A DNA stretch of 64,000 nucleotides, taken from IMG/VR virus record IMGVR_UViG_3300025287_000001, one strand, 5' to 3'. A program made the position numbers and the translations under genes. Position 1 is the first letter of the stretch; each line of letters opens with the position of its first letter. The DNA comes from an uncultured virus (IMG/VR IMGVR_UViG_3300025287_000001). Lineage: Duplodnaviria; Heunggongvirae; Uroviricota; Caudoviricetes. The notes below the pieces were generated by a model. It was not told the origin of the DNA. It saw nothing but the letters and a program-made list of their open reading frames with translations, and did no database searches. Positions 25,614 to 34,525 of this stretch are shown here, piece by piece.

Positions 25614-25816
25614 ATTCCCGTCCAGTGTACAAATTCTATAATCTCCAGGGTCTCACGAAATAAAGAACTGTTTAATCTCCTGTCTTTAATGAAAATGAGG
25701 CCCAGATCTATTTTGCACCTTTCTGTCCATAGGTTATACTGAAGGCATTCAACATGTGTACTGAGTATGCAATCATCCCCATCGTAAAATAGTATCTTTG
25801 TGTTTACTGTTATCAT
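25610..25816 (-). CDS. Array microprotein
   Basis: MITVNT start. Confidence 0.6.
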   Translation of the reverse strand: MITVNTKILFYDGDDCILSTHVECLQYNLWTERCKIDLGLIFIKDRRLNSSLFRETLEIIEFVHWTGI

Positions 25817-26004
25817 ATTCTTAACCAAGGAAGATACTCAAGCGATGTCGTAAAGTAGTAGTCCAGCATTTCCTCTGGCACTATAGCTCTTGAAGGTTCG
25901 AGGAGGAAACTCGCTTTTCTTTTACTAGAATTGAAAACTCGATTTTGTAATAGTTGATGTATCGGTAATTCTGTAACAAGAACATTGCAATTTATGATTA
26001 TCAT
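25813..26004 (-). CDS. Array microprotein
   Basis: MIIINC start. Confidence 0.6.
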   Translation of the reverse strand: MIIINCNVLVTELPIHQLLQNRVFNSSKRKASFLLEPSRAIVPEEMLDYYFTTSLEYLPWLRI

Positions 26005-26136
26005 AGCTGCGCCTTGAAATATTTTTCATTTTCTCTGATAGGGAGTTCGAAGCATACCTCCCCTGCATTCCACCGTATATTTGCATTCTTTAACTCATGC
26101 GCTATCATGGGTATTTTTTGGCCACACACCACCACT

Positions 26137-26352
26137 TTAGAGAAGCTCTTCGATGAATTTGAACGCACCTTTCGGGAGGCCTGCAAAACCCATAGAATAC
26201 GCGAGAAGATAGTCCGAAAACAATGTTACTGATACTTCGCGCCCCGGTCCCCAGAAATCAATAAGTCTCCAGTTTACAAGCCGGGGAGGATGTTCGCTCC
26301 AGTTATCAACAGAGCCAATCTCCCAGGCCCCTAGTGTCGATGTTAAAATCAC
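26137..26352 (-). CDS. Small hypothetical protein
   Basis: GTGA overlap with upstream ORF. Confidence 0.5.
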   Translation of the reverse strand: MILTSTLGAWEIGSVDNWSEHPPRLVNWRLIDFWGPGREVSVTLFSDYLLAYSMGFAGLPKGAFKFIEELL

Positions 26353-26573
26353 TTGGGCTTTCTATTATCTGTGGCCAGTAACCCCATCTCTTCATGCATC
26401 TTATCATCGAGCCAGGGGCTTGTTTTCGCGGCGATAAGGAAAGGCAAGGCTATAGAAGCAAGTGCGTAGTGCAGAACAACAAATGATATTGACAAATAGC
26501 CAATGCCCATGCCAAACCCGAATAAGAAGGCAGAGGTGCCAATAAAGCAATAGATCTTTGCGTTCCTAGACAT
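26349..26573 (-). CDS. Small membrane protein
   Basis: Two hydrophobic segments; GAGGT RBS. Confidence 0.65.
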   Translation of the reverse strand: MSRNAKIYCFIGTSAFLFGFGMGIGYLSISFVVLHYALASIALPFLIAAKTSPWLDDKMHEEMGLLATDNRKPK

Positions 26574-26574
26574 C

Positions 26575-26847
26575 TTAAAGGTACCTCGGCAACATAGAGT
26601 TGCTTGCTATAAGGCTTATGTTATTTTCGCTCGCTATAAGGTAGAGCTTTACGGAATCTGTGTGAAACTTTACCTCAGCGGGAGGGAATATAGTCATCTT
26701 ATCGCTATACGACTTGCTCTTCCCAGGGCTTTGAAGATAACGCTCTCCTTGAGTTATGATAGAGATGTATTTAAAGAACTTAAGACACGGCGGGCCGAAC
26801 TTATCTTCTTCAGGGCCGTAGTCATATGTGCTTATTGACTTTATCAC
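26575..26847 (-). CDS. Hypothetical protein
   Basis: Open frame, probable GTG start at 26847. Confidence 0.45.
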   Translation of the reverse strand: MIKSISTYDYGPEEDKFGPPCLKFFKYISIITQGERYLQSPGKSKSYSDKMTIFPPAEVKFHTDSVKLYLIASENNISLIASNSMLPRYL

Positions 26848-26862
26848 TTGACTTCCTATAAC

Positions 26863-26897
26863 CAAAAATGGGGGTAGGCTTATTGCCTACCCCCATT
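26863..26897 (-). terminator. Rho-independent terminator after 26913-27875
   Basis: AATGGGGGTAGGC/GCCTACCCCCATT stem then T-run on - strand. Confidence 0.8.
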
Positions 26898-26912
26898 CAT
26901 CAGCAAGCTAGA

Positions 26913-27875
26913 TCACTTGTTCTTGAGGTGCTCGATGTAGTCCTCGGCAGCTTTCTCGAACATACCCACATCAAGCTCGTCGATGTAATCAAACATCTTG
27001 GGAACAGGCTGCCCCTTTTGCTTGAGCAACATCTTGGCTCTCTTTGCCGCGTCAACCTTCAGTTTGAAGCGGTCGAGGTGTGAGATGCGCTTGGAGGCGG
27101 CGAGCAGGCAATCAATCGAGTAGTTGCCGTAGCAATCACTGAAGTTTGTTCGATCGCCAATGTAGTTTTTGATGTGCTCTTTCTCTGTGAAGAAAGTAGG
27201 CTCTCCGTACAGGTAGTAGAAGTAAGCCTCCTCTTCACCCCCTGGCAAGTGCTTGGCGAGCTTTTTGATGAGCTTCCAAGACTCTTTCTGATCGCTAGGG
27301 TCGAGTTTCTTCATGTCCACATCGCAACCATATTCCATCGCGAGGCGAGTATACTCTTTGCATGCCTTCACATGCATATCGTAGACTTTCTTTGGCATCC
27401 ACACATCATCTGCATAGAGGAAGTTCTTCAGAGTGTAGTTGTAATACATCTCTTCAGCCTTGTTGTCCCACATATCCGCAACTTGCTTACGGATATCATC
27501 GTGCAGATTCTCTGGAGCGAGGCCGACCATGAAGTCGCTCGTTTCCGTATCGAAGTCGTAGATGTGCTTCTTGTTGAGGATCACTTGATCATCGTACAAG
27601 AATGATGTGAAGATGTGGTTGTAGCCATCGAGGCTCGCCACTGAAGGCTTGATTGAACACAGGTACTGAAGAGGGCCGAAGGGGATCACACTCGACCATC
27701 CACAATAAAGGCGCTCGCCCATGCTGCGCTGGTCATATTCTTCGTCGCTGTGCTGCCATGGGAGGCGATAGTTCCCCTTGAAGGCTTCATCTTTGTAGAA
27801 GATGTTAGACTCAGTGGTCTTATCCTTGAAGAACTCTTTTGCTTTTTCGATAACGTTAAGAGGTTGGTTTGACAT
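26913..27875 (-). CDS. Hypothetical protein (320 aa) with own promoter and terminator
   Basis: Long ORF, AAGGA RBS. Confidence 0.85.
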   Translation of the reverse strand: MSNQPLNVIEKAKEFFKDKTTESNIFYKDEAFKGNYRLPWQHSDEEYDQRSMGERLYCGWSSVIPFGPLQYLCSIKPSVASLDGYNHIFTSFLYDDQVILNKKHIYDFDTETSDFMVGLAPENLHDDIRKQVADMWDNKAEEMYYNYTLKNFLYADDVWMPKKVYDMHVKACKEYTRLAMEYGCDVDMKKLDPSDQKESWKLIKKLAKHLPGGEEEAYFYYLYGEPTFFTEKEHIKNYIGDRTNFSDCYGNYSIDCLLAASKRISHLDRFKLKVDAAKRAKMLLKQKGQPVPKMFDYIDELDVGMFEKAAEDYIEHLKNK

Positions 27876-27960
27876 CTTATTCCTTGGTTGTTTTTGGTGC
27901 CCTTCTTCGCGGGCCAGTGGGTTGCTAGGTGCCAGCGGGTCATCCCCCGCTTCGTATATG

Positions 27961-27988
27961 AATGTAGGCGCGGCGTTCCGGGGGTCAA
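27961..27988 (-). promoter_or_regulatory. Sigma70-like promoter
   Basis: TTGACC-N16-TACATT. Confidence 0.7.
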
Positions 27989-27996
27989 GTGGGTTT

Positions 27997-28212
27997 TTAC
28001 AAAAAATAGTGCCAGTTTGACAGGCTCCAGATAGAAGTCAGGGTTACTGAATCCACAATATCCTGCCGTTCTATAAATTCCACTACAAATAGCCTCCTCT
28101 TTGACCATGCTTGTTCTGCCTGATAGCCACCGTACAATGCTGCATACGGCGTAAAAAATGGCTTCCCTTGGCAGATTTTATCTCTGATTATGGTGTTGTT
28201 TATCTTTACCAC
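27997..28212 (-). CDS. Array-family microprotein
   Basis: MVKINN...WHYFL. Confidence 0.55.
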   Translation of the reverse strand: MVKINNTIIRDKICQGKPFFTPYAALYGGYQAEQAWSKRRLFVVEFIERQDIVDSVTLTSIWSLSNWHYFL

Positions 28213-28251
28213 GTCTTCTCTTGTTTTACGCGGAGGGTGGACATTATAGTA

Positions 28252-28530
28252 TCATTCGATGCCGTCAAGCCCAACGAGCTTCAAGGGCCTCATTTCTTTA
28301 AAATCAACAATCTTAATACTTCCTGCTGCGCCACTTACCTTCTCACAATCCTCACAGTACTCATAATCATGTTCATCGCCATGGTGACAAACCCAGTAAA
28401 AATCACCTACATAGTTGTTGTGTATTACGTAATCACCCTTGCCGAAACATGAATAATAGTTTTTTTCATTCCTAGAAATAAGAATGATTTCATGTTCACA
28501 ACTATAACACTTCAATCTTACAATATTCAT
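28252..28530 (-). CDS. Small Cys-rich hypothetical protein
   Basis: CYSC and CEDC pairs. Confidence 0.6.
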   Translation of the reverse strand: MNIVRLKCYSCEHEIILISRNEKNYYSCFGKGDYVIHNNYVGDFYWVCHHGDEHDYEYCEDCEKVSGAAGSIKIVDFKEMRPLKLVGLDGIE

Positions 28531-28544
28531 ATTTTGCCCTATGC

Positions 28545-28793
28545 CTATATGAAGGGTAGGTATCTTGTAGTAGAGCTTATTATTGCATAATGCTCTTCAG
28601 AGATCCCATCGAGCATGTCAACAAAATAATACTGAAACATTATGAAGCCAGACCACATAGGCCTGTCTGCCTGCCTGAAGTAAGGGGTTGTTGACAAATA
28701 GGAAGAAAGTAAGTCTACCTCTGGTCCGTCCGCAGACGTAGTTACACCACAACCGATATCATAAGCTGCACAGGCATTGTTTATCTTTATCAT
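28545..28793 (-). CDS. Array-family microprotein
   Basis: MIKINNA...YLPFI. Confidence 0.6.
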   Translation of the reverse strand: MIKINNACAAYDIGCGVTTSADGPEVDLLSSYLSTTPYFRQADRPMWSGFIMFQYYFVDMLDGISEEHYAIISSTTRYLPFI

Positions 28794-28807
28794 GTCTTCT
28801 CTCGTGC

Positions 28808-29023
28808 CTACAGAAACGGAAAAGGGAAAGAGAGCGCCATAAGCATGAGGCTTCTATGTGCACTGCACCCAGGCCCATGCTCGTAACAAGCAAAGGAAAT
28901 GGCATCGCTTGAATAAACATCAGGGCACTCATACCCGCCAGAGTATTCAAACTCAAAGCGCGTCAGTTTTTGAGTTTGGGCATACACATGATGAATTAGG
29001 GTCGCGTTGTTGACGCTTATCAT
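28808..29023 (-). CDS. Array-family microprotein
   Basis: MISVNNA...FPFL. Confidence 0.55.
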   Translation of the reverse strand: MISVNNATLIHHVYAQTQKLTRFEFEYSGGYECPDVYSSDAISFACYEHGPGCSAHRSLMLMALSFPFPFL

Positions 29024-29765
29024 CTTCTTTGACCTTCGTGGAGGCTCGAAGGCTTAAGTCAACAAACTTGAATTTCGAGTCTTCGATCGTGTTAATGATA
29101 TGCTTGATCATCCTTCCTGCTACATGAACTGATGTCTCGCACTGAGTCATGCCCTTCATGGTAGAGGTGTCCAGAATAACCTTTGTGACGTGATTGTTAT
29201 AGCTATATTCTCTTGAGGTATAACTATAGTAAGAGTTTCGCAGATGTTTTTCGAAGCTCTCGTCATACTGCTCGCCTCTCTGAGTGATCCTACTTTTCCT
29301 TTCTTCCGGCTTGCAAGTCAAGAGGAAGATAGTAGTAAGAATATCTCTTTGCTTCTCCACCTCATAGAAGCACTTCTCAGCCGATGTAATGCACTCGTTT
29401 AGCCTTGATTGCCCGTAAAACTTATGGGCAACAGCGCCTCCCTGGTAGCAAGTTGTGGATGGCGTAAACCTATCACACAACCATATAGTGCCACCATCAC
29501 TACTGTGAATCATGTCAGAGTGATCTTCAAACTCTGAATAGTAATGCTGAAAGCAGTGCAGGAGGGACCTGGGATCATCTGTATATTCGAAGTCTGAGTT
29601 TTCCCTTGGGAAATGCTCGAAGTGAATGTCATCAATCTCTCTATCTTCGCTCGAAGTACTAATAAAGTACCTGTCTTTATGGTCAAAGAAATCTCTCACC
29701 ATATTGCCAATTGTTGACTTGCCAACTCCATCAGGTCCTTCGATCACAAATCTGAAGTTTCTCAT
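28953..29765 (-). CDS. tmk: Thymidylate kinase-like nucleoside monophosphate kinase
   Basis: FVIEGPDGVGKST P-loop, HFP, CDRF...STTCYQG. Confidence 0.75.
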   Translation of the reverse strand: MRNFRFVIEGPDGVGKSTIGNMVRDFFDHKDRYFISTSSEDREIDDIHFEHFPRENSDFEYTDDPRSLLHCFQHYYSEFEDHSDMIHSSDGGTIWLCDRFTPSTTCYQGGAVAHKFYGQSRLNECITSAEKCFYEVEKQRDILTTIFLLTCKPEERKSRITQRGEQYDESFEKHLRNSYYSYTSREYSYNNHVTKVILDTSTMKGMTQCETSVHVAGRMIKHIINTIEDSKFKFVDLSLRASTKVKEDDKRQQRDPNSSCVCPNSKTDAL

Positions 29766-30088
29766 TTTTTACGCCTTTCCATGAACTCTTTTTTAATTGC
29801 TTCGCGTCTTTCTTGCTCTTCAAGAAAGATCCTTCGGGCGCGATCCATGTGGAAACTAACGCCCCTTACTCTTTCATCAAGCTGCATCCCTCTGACATCT
29901 TCGCTTATGAAGTCAACAGCCTCCTGAAACTCTTCCATCCTCTCGATCACATGCTCAAGTCCAACGACGACCTTGCCGTCATTAGATCTTACTTGTTTTA
30001 ATAACTTTATCTCCTCCTTCATTTCTGCTTGCATGTCTCTCATGCGTCTGTTCCACGATTTGATCTTATCGCTTAATTTATCAGGCAT
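29762..30088 (-). CDS. Hypothetical coiled-coil protein
   Basis: 108 aa, charged and helical. Confidence 0.7.
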   Translation of the reverse strand: MPDKLSDKIKSWNRRMRDMQAEMKEEIKLLKQVRSNDGKVVVGLEHVIERMEEFQEAVDFISEDVRGMQLDERVRGVSFHMDRARRIFLEEQERREAIKKEFMERRKK

Positions 30089-30327
30089 TAGATCCTCGGA
30101 TACGAAATAGGGTTGTGGGTATAAATTACAAGTTCCATTATGGGGTTACGCCAAAGGTAATAGTCATCATAGCAATAAATGCCGCATGCAAGATTATCCG
30201 AACAGTATACCTGTCTAGATTGGGTGTTGGCGAAAACACGCCCGAAGTAATTGCGCATGAGGATATCGCCCTGATTATCTTCGCTGAGGATGTCTTCAAA
30301 CAAGGAATCACAAAAAACAATCATCAA
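30088..30327 (-). CDS. Array-family microprotein
   Basis: MIVFCD...YTHNPI; related to neighbour. Confidence 0.55.
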   Translation of the reverse strand: MMIVFCDSLFEDILSEDNQGDILMRNYFGRVFANTQSRQVYCSDNLACGIYCYDDYYLWRNPIMELVIYTHNPISYPRI

Positions 30328-30569
30328 AACCTTCCAGATAGTATTGGGCTATTGGTGAAGTGTAGCAAGCATTGCAAGTTAGTATCGAGCACCAAAAATT
30401 CTCCTCCCGACAAGACCCCGGAGAGCTTGGAGATAGGGCACACAGGCTGCCCTGCCCTTCTAAGGTTATTCTCTAGATACCAAAAGTGACGCACGATAAT
30501 AGTGTCCATACCGCTATAAGGCCACTCTTGAACGATCTCGGTGAACGTATAATCAGTTAATACTATCAA
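30324..30569 (-). CDS. Array-family microprotein
   Basis: MIVLTDY...FTNSPI. Confidence 0.55.
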   Translation of the reverse strand: MIVLTDYTFTEIVQEWPYSGMDTIIVRHFWYLENNLRRAGQPVCPISKLSGVLSGGEFLVLDTNLQCLLHFTNSPILSGRF

Positions 30570-30835
30570 AACCGAATCTCAGCAATGTAAGATCGACCTA
30601 TCTTTAAAGGTAGCCCGCCAATGGAGCGAACGTAGCGATAGAAGTTAAGTTCTGAAAAATTATTAACCCATAAATCATTTTCGCGAATAGAAATGCCTGA
30701 CCTATAAAATTTTACGCTATCATCTCTGTGCACCCTTCTCATCATTGTTTCTGATACTGAGTAGCAGCCGGTGACATCACCGATCATGTGGCCATAGACA
30801 GAATATTTTGATGCATAGTCTGTAATCAATATCAT
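30566..30835 (-). CDS. Array-family microprotein
   Basis: MILITDY start, ATGA overlap with kinase stop. Confidence 0.55.
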   Translation of the reverse strand: MILITDYASKYSVYGHMIGDVTGCYSVSETMMRRVHRDDSVKFYRSGISIRENDLWVNNFSELNFYRYVRSIGGLPLKIGRSYIAEIRF

Positions 30836-31383
30836 GGTAAATCTAGCATCCTCACAACAAGGTTGGCACAATCTTCAATGTCGCGGTTTATGGCCACAAA
30901 ATCAAAGCCTGAGTTAACAACAGCAGACTCCCTATTCAGTCTGTTGAGTCTGTATCCTATCTCTTCTTTTGTCCTGCCTTGAGCCTTCATGCGAACAATC
31001 ATCTCCTTGGTGGAGGGTGGCAACATAAGCAATGACCTTACCCTGGTGTTCGCAAATGTTTCTTTGATCGACCTCATGCCTTCGCCATCAACAATGACAA
31101 ACTTGAACTTATCAACATCATCTTGAAACGATGTCTTCGAGAGTCCGTAGTAGTTGTTGTTGTATTTGGTATACTCGAACATATCACCCGAGTTAACCTT
31201 GCTGATGAACGTAGCCTCGTCAACAAAGTGGTAATCTATACCGTCAGCTTCATCTTTTCTCATGGGCCTTGTAGTGTAAGAGACAAGCTCTACGCAATCA
31301 TCGCGAAGCTCTACTATCTTCGAAACAGTCGAAGATTTTCCTGCTGCGCCCGGCCCACATACAATAATAATGTCTGGCTTCAT
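30832..31383 (-). CDS. gmk: Guanylate kinase
   Basis: GPGAAGKSS, SYTTRPMRKDEADGIDYHFV, EY...YYG. Confidence 0.92.
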   Translation of the reverse strand: MKPDIIIVCGPGAAGKSSTVSKIVELRDDCVELVSYTTRPMRKDEADGIDYHFVDEATFISKVNSGDMFEYTKYNNNYYGLSKTSFQDDVDKFKFVIVDGEGMRSIKETFANTRVRSLLMLPPSTKEMIVRMKAQGRTKEEIGYRLNRLNRESAVVNSGFDFVAINRDIEDCANLVVRMLDLP

Positions 31384-31384
31384 A

Positions 31385-31600
31385 TTACCCTTCTCCCGTG
31401 TATATTATCTTTTGTGTAGGAACCTTGGTGATCCATTCGCAATCATCAATGATGGAGACAGTAAACTCGTCTTCAAGCTTTAGTACCTCGCCCACCTTCA
31501 TACTTCCTGGGATATAGTCACAGGCGCTTATAAACTCTTCTATTGCGAATTTGAAGATCTTTGCTTTCTCTTCATCATCGAAGACATATATTTTCTTCAT
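31385..31600 (-). CDS. Hypothetical protein
   Basis: 71 aa downstream of promoter 31631-31658. Confidence 0.7.
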   Translation of the reverse strand: MKKIYVFDDEEKAKIFKFAIEEFISACDYIPGSMKVGEVLKLEDEFTVSIIDDCEWITKVPTQKIIYTGEG

Positions 31601-31630
31601 TTCTTCTCTCGGTTGCTATTTCCAACTCTG

Positions 31631-31658
31631 AAGTTAACCACGCCTGAGCGCGAGTCAA
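31631..31658 (-). promoter_or_regulatory. Sigma70-like promoter
   Basis: TTGACT-N16 (with GTG)-TAACTT. Confidence 0.7.
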
Positions 31659-31661
31659 GCC

Positions 31662-31907
31662 CTAATATCCGTATGGGCCGCCCAAAAGTCCGCCAATTAT
31701 CGAGAAAAGATCAAAACCTGGTATGGAGAGTGCTCCGGTTAAATCTTCGGCACTGTCGTAGTGATTTCTACAACCCTTTATGATTCCTGGTCCTGCGGAG
31801 AAAATTTCGACCCTTGCCATGAACATATCACCAAAGGAAAGGGATTTTGTGAGTACATCATACTGGTCAGCAATGATAGAAAGTGAGATGTCTGTCGAGT
31901 TTATCAT
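31662..31907 (-). CDS. Array-family microprotein, PYS subfamily
   Basis: MINSTD...FDLFS...GGPYGY. Confidence 0.6.
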   Translation of the reverse strand: MINSTDISLSIIADQYDVLTKSLSFGDMFMARVEIFSAGPGIIKGCRNHYDSAEDLTGALSIPGFDLFSIIGGLLGGPYGY

Positions 31908-32155
31908 ATAGTATAAGGACTCCTCATCAAAACACAGGAAGAGAAAGAAAACAAAGACCACAAAGTAGGTTCGTTGAAGAGTTCTGCATACCCTCTTCTA
32001 TCTGATTCTACAAAGTAGTCCAGTAAGATAGGGCAATCATCTTCTCTGGTAAAGCCGTAAAAATTATCACGCATAAAACAACAGTTTTCATCAAGAGCGT
32101 CTGATATTATGAGCGAGTCTTTGTAGAACTCAGGACAGTCTACGGTTAATATCAT
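31904..32155 (-). CDS. Array-family microprotein, PYS subfamily
   Basis: MILTVD...LWSLFS...LMRSPYTI. Confidence 0.65.
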   Translation of the reverse strand: MILTVDCPEFYKDSLIISDALDENCCFMRDNFYGFTREDDCPILLDYFVESDRRGYAELFNEPTLWSLFSFSSCVLMRSPYTI

Positions 32156-32367
32156 GATGAGTAAGGATTCCTTAGTAGCGTCTGAGGGGCAAGGCAAAAG
32201 AGACTCCATAGGACTTTATCATAGAAGACTTCTTTCCCGATAAGGGTTGAATTATAATCTACAGCCAAAGTAATATCAGAGTATTCGAAGCCATAATAGT
32301 ATGCCATACGCACGGCACCATATACTTCTTCTCTAAGGAGGACTGAATAGTTTAGTGAGTTTATCAT
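32152..32367 (-). CDS. Array-family microprotein, PYS subfamily
   Basis: MINSLN...LWSLFC...LLRNPYSS. Confidence 0.65.
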   Translation of the reverse strand: MINSLNYSVLLREEVYGAVRMAYYYGFEYSDITLAVDYNSTLIGKEVFYDKVLWSLFCLAPQTLLRNPYSS

Positions 32368-32582
32368 GATGAGTACAGGCTCTTGGGCAGCGTGTCTGTT
32401 CCTCTAGAGAAGAGATCCCATATATCTTCGCTGATGAGGATTTGATCGAGGGCGGGTCCTTCTGCATGCAAACCAAACGGGCGAACTCTACTGATGCCAG
32501 CATGAACAGAATAAACATCCATGAGCCAGGAGTGCTTCCTTTCCCCAATATCGTACACTATTAATTTTGTGAATAAAATCAT
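32364..32582 (-). CDS. Array-family microprotein, PYS subfamily
   Basis: MILFT...DQIL...WDLFSRG...LPKSLYSS. Confidence 0.65.
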   Translation of the reverse strand: MILFTKLIVYDIGERKHSWLMDVYSVHAGISRVRPFGLHAEGPALDQILISEDIWDLFSRGTDTLPKSLYSS

Positions 32583-32803
32583 AACGAGTAGGGGTTCCTC
32601 ATCAAGGTATTACTGTAACAGCAAAAGAGTGGCCAAAGATCATCTTCGTTAAAAAGTTTGCAAATCTCTCCTCTTTCGTATTCGCCACAAAACCATATAT
32701 GTTCCCTGTCAGAATTGAAGGCTTGAAATTCTCTGTAAAACGGGTCTTCTGGCTGCTCGCGACCATCTCTGTCGCGCCATTCCGGGTGTATTATGATTAT
32801 CAT
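32579..32803 (-). CDS. Array-family microprotein, PYS subfamily
   Basis: LWPLFC...LMRNPYSL. Confidence 0.65.
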   Translation of the reverse strand: MIIIIHPEWRDRDGREQPEDPFYREFQAFNSDREHIWFCGEYERGEICKLFNEDDLWPLFCCYSNTLMRNPYSL

Positions 32804-33060
32804 ACGGAATACAATCCTTTTGGAAGTGCAGCGTAGCCACGGGAGAACAACCTCCAGGTATGAACTCCTGCGATGATTTGATCAATGTAAAACGTCTTTT
32901 CTAGGTGGAGAGTTACAATCTTTCTCTTGTGTTTAGTATAATCACTCCTCAGTGAAGGCTTATCCCTCGAATTGGGAAGAGTGGCAATGTTGCAAAAGTT
33001 AAATCCTCCTGGGAGGTCTTCGCTGAGTACGGCAATAGTTCGCTCAACAAATAAAATCAT
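32800..33060 (-). CDS. Array-family microprotein, PYS subfamily
   Basis: MILFV...DQII...WRLFSRG...LPKGLYSV. Confidence 0.65.
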   Translation of the reverse strand: MILFVERTIAVLSEDLPGGFNFCNIATLPNSRDKPSLRSDYTKHKRKIVTLHLEKTFYIDQIIAGVHTWRLFSRGYAALPKGLYSV

Positions 33061-33281
33061 GACGAATAAATACTTCTTGGCAGGCTTGCCTGACCTCTGG
33101 ACATGGCGCGCCAGAGGCTTTTGCTCGTTAGTATTTGATCAATACTAAGGCCTAGGTAAAGATACTTCCCCCTTAAACCATTATGATAGTTGTCTGCAAA
33201 ATTTAAGCAACCCCATATTTCTCTCTCAAAGAAGGGGCTACCGCTCATCGCATCCACGATTGACTCGGCAAACAGGATCAT
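33057..33281 (-). CDS. Array-family microprotein, PYS subfamily
   Basis: MILFA...DQIL...SRG...LPRSIYSS. Confidence 0.65.
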   Translation of the reverse strand: MILFAESIVDAMSGSPFFEREIWGCLNFADNYHNGLRGKYLYLGLSIDQILTSKSLWRAMSRGQASLPRSIYSS

Positions 33282-33284
33282 AAA

Positions 33285-33992
33285 TCAATACTCCAGAGGG
33301 TGTGGTTCGTTATCGACTTGCCTTCTCACTTCAGCGGGCACAAGCCAGTTATACCTCATAATCTTTTGCTGCTGCTCGAGAGTGCTGTCTTTCATCATCG
33401 CTTGAAGAAGCTCACTAAGGTAAGCCACATCATCAATACAATACTGAATCTGTTGATCAGACAACTCATCATCATCCCATGAACCTTCCCCGTAATCCTT
33501 GCTGATATCAACTTCAAGGTAGTCCTTTACCAGATCCTTAAGGCTATAGCTAGATCTGTTGGGGTCGATTATCTTCGCGATAATCTTTGTGCAAGCCAGC
33601 TTTGTCCTCACAGGGGAGAAGAGTCTTGCCATATCTGTGTGCCCCTCTTCCGTAGGAACAATCCCCCAATGCTTATAGATGAATCTATTATCAAACATAA
33701 CATGATGATAGACGATGTTCACATCTTGTTTGAGGATTTCGATGAGGTTCGCTGGTGGCTTCTTGTTTTTGTGCGTTCTTATGATGAAGACTTTATTGCT
33801 TGTGTAATCTATAAGAGTGGCAAGCTTGATATCTGTCGTATTGTAATCAAGTCCTCCTGTCTCAAGATCCAGTCCAAAAGCCTTGTTCTTTATCCCCTCA
33901 AGAATTTCGTCTCTTTGCTTTCTGGAGAGGTCTCCTTTGACGATTGTGGTATCAATCGGGATGAAGTCTTCTTCTGTATTCTCTTCGTTCAT
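33285..33992 (-). CDS. DEDDy 3'-5' exonuclease (RNase D / PolA proofreading-like)
   Basis: ExoI DLETGGLD, ExoII HHVMFD, YSLKDL, ExoIII YCIDDVAY. Confidence 0.88.
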   Translation of the reverse strand: MNEENTEEDFIPIDTTIVKGDLSRKQRDEILEGIKNKAFGLDLETGGLDYNTTDIKLATLIDYTSNKVFIIRTHKNKKPPANLIEILKQDVNIVYHHVMFDNRFIYKHWGIVPTEEGHTDMARLFSPVRTKLACTKIIAKIIDPNRSSYSLKDLVKDYLEVDISKDYGEGSWDDDELSDQQIQYCIDDVAYLSELLQAMMKDSTLEQQQKIMRYNWLVPAEVRRQVDNEPHPLEY

Positions 33993-34008
33993 ATCTCTTC
34001 CCTTATTG

Positions 34009-34524
34009 TCAGTTGCAGTCGCAATCGCACTGATCTAACTCCACGTAGTCTTCGCTTACGAGTTCATTATCGCAGTAGAGCTTAACGTGCAGTTTCTTGG
34101 TCGGGCCAATATGATCTTTGATCTCGGTCTCTACTATAAGAGTTTGCTTCAAGAGGTCAGCAAATTCTCGCTTCTTCTTTTCCTCTTCTTGCTTGATAAA
34201 CTCTTCTACTTCTTCCTTGGTGCTCAAAATAAACTCTCCTGTTGGACTGGTCTCGCCAAAGGCAACATACCAATCTTCTTCTTTTGCTCTCTTGATCATG
34301 GCATTGTAAAAGTTTCCGTCATATCTGAACATCAGATCCAGATCATTGACATCAAAGATAGCATAACATCTTGAAAACTCTGTTTCATGGCCATGGACGA
34401 GGCCCTCCTTGTAAGAAAGGGCCTCGTCCCAGGTATCAAACTCGTTATAGCCACCCCAGGGCTTTAAGGAGAGCTTCCCGCCGACCCAATGACAGTTAAG
34501 CACTGTAAATTTTTTCTTAGCCAT
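34009..34524 (-). CDS. Hypothetical protein
   Basis: MAKKKF start, 171 aa. Confidence 0.75.
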   Translation of the reverse strand: MAKKKFTVLNCHWVGGKLSLKPWGGYNEFDTWDEALSYKEGLVHGHETEFSRCYAIFDVNDLDLMFRYDGNFYNAMIKRAKEEDWYVAFGETSPTGEFILSTKEEVEEFIKQEEEKKKREFADLLKQTLIVETEIKDHIGPTKKLHVKLYCDNELVSEDYVELDQCDCDCN

Positions 34525-34525
34525 C

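Larger units (their letters stand above)
12087..26352 (-). repeat. Main tandem array of paralogous microprotein genes (about 60 ORFs)
   Basis: Head-to-tail ORFs of mostly 55-90 aa with TAATG/TGATG/ATGA overlaps, shared M-I-x-x-N start and aromatic C-terminus. Confidence 0.9.

Noticed and set aside
12087..26352. Short ORFs as an artefact of stop-codon reassignment or one shattered pseudogene
   Set aside because: Neighbouring ORFs are mostly in different frames, use all three stops, each restarts with a conserved motif, and long genes elsewhere read intact in the standard code
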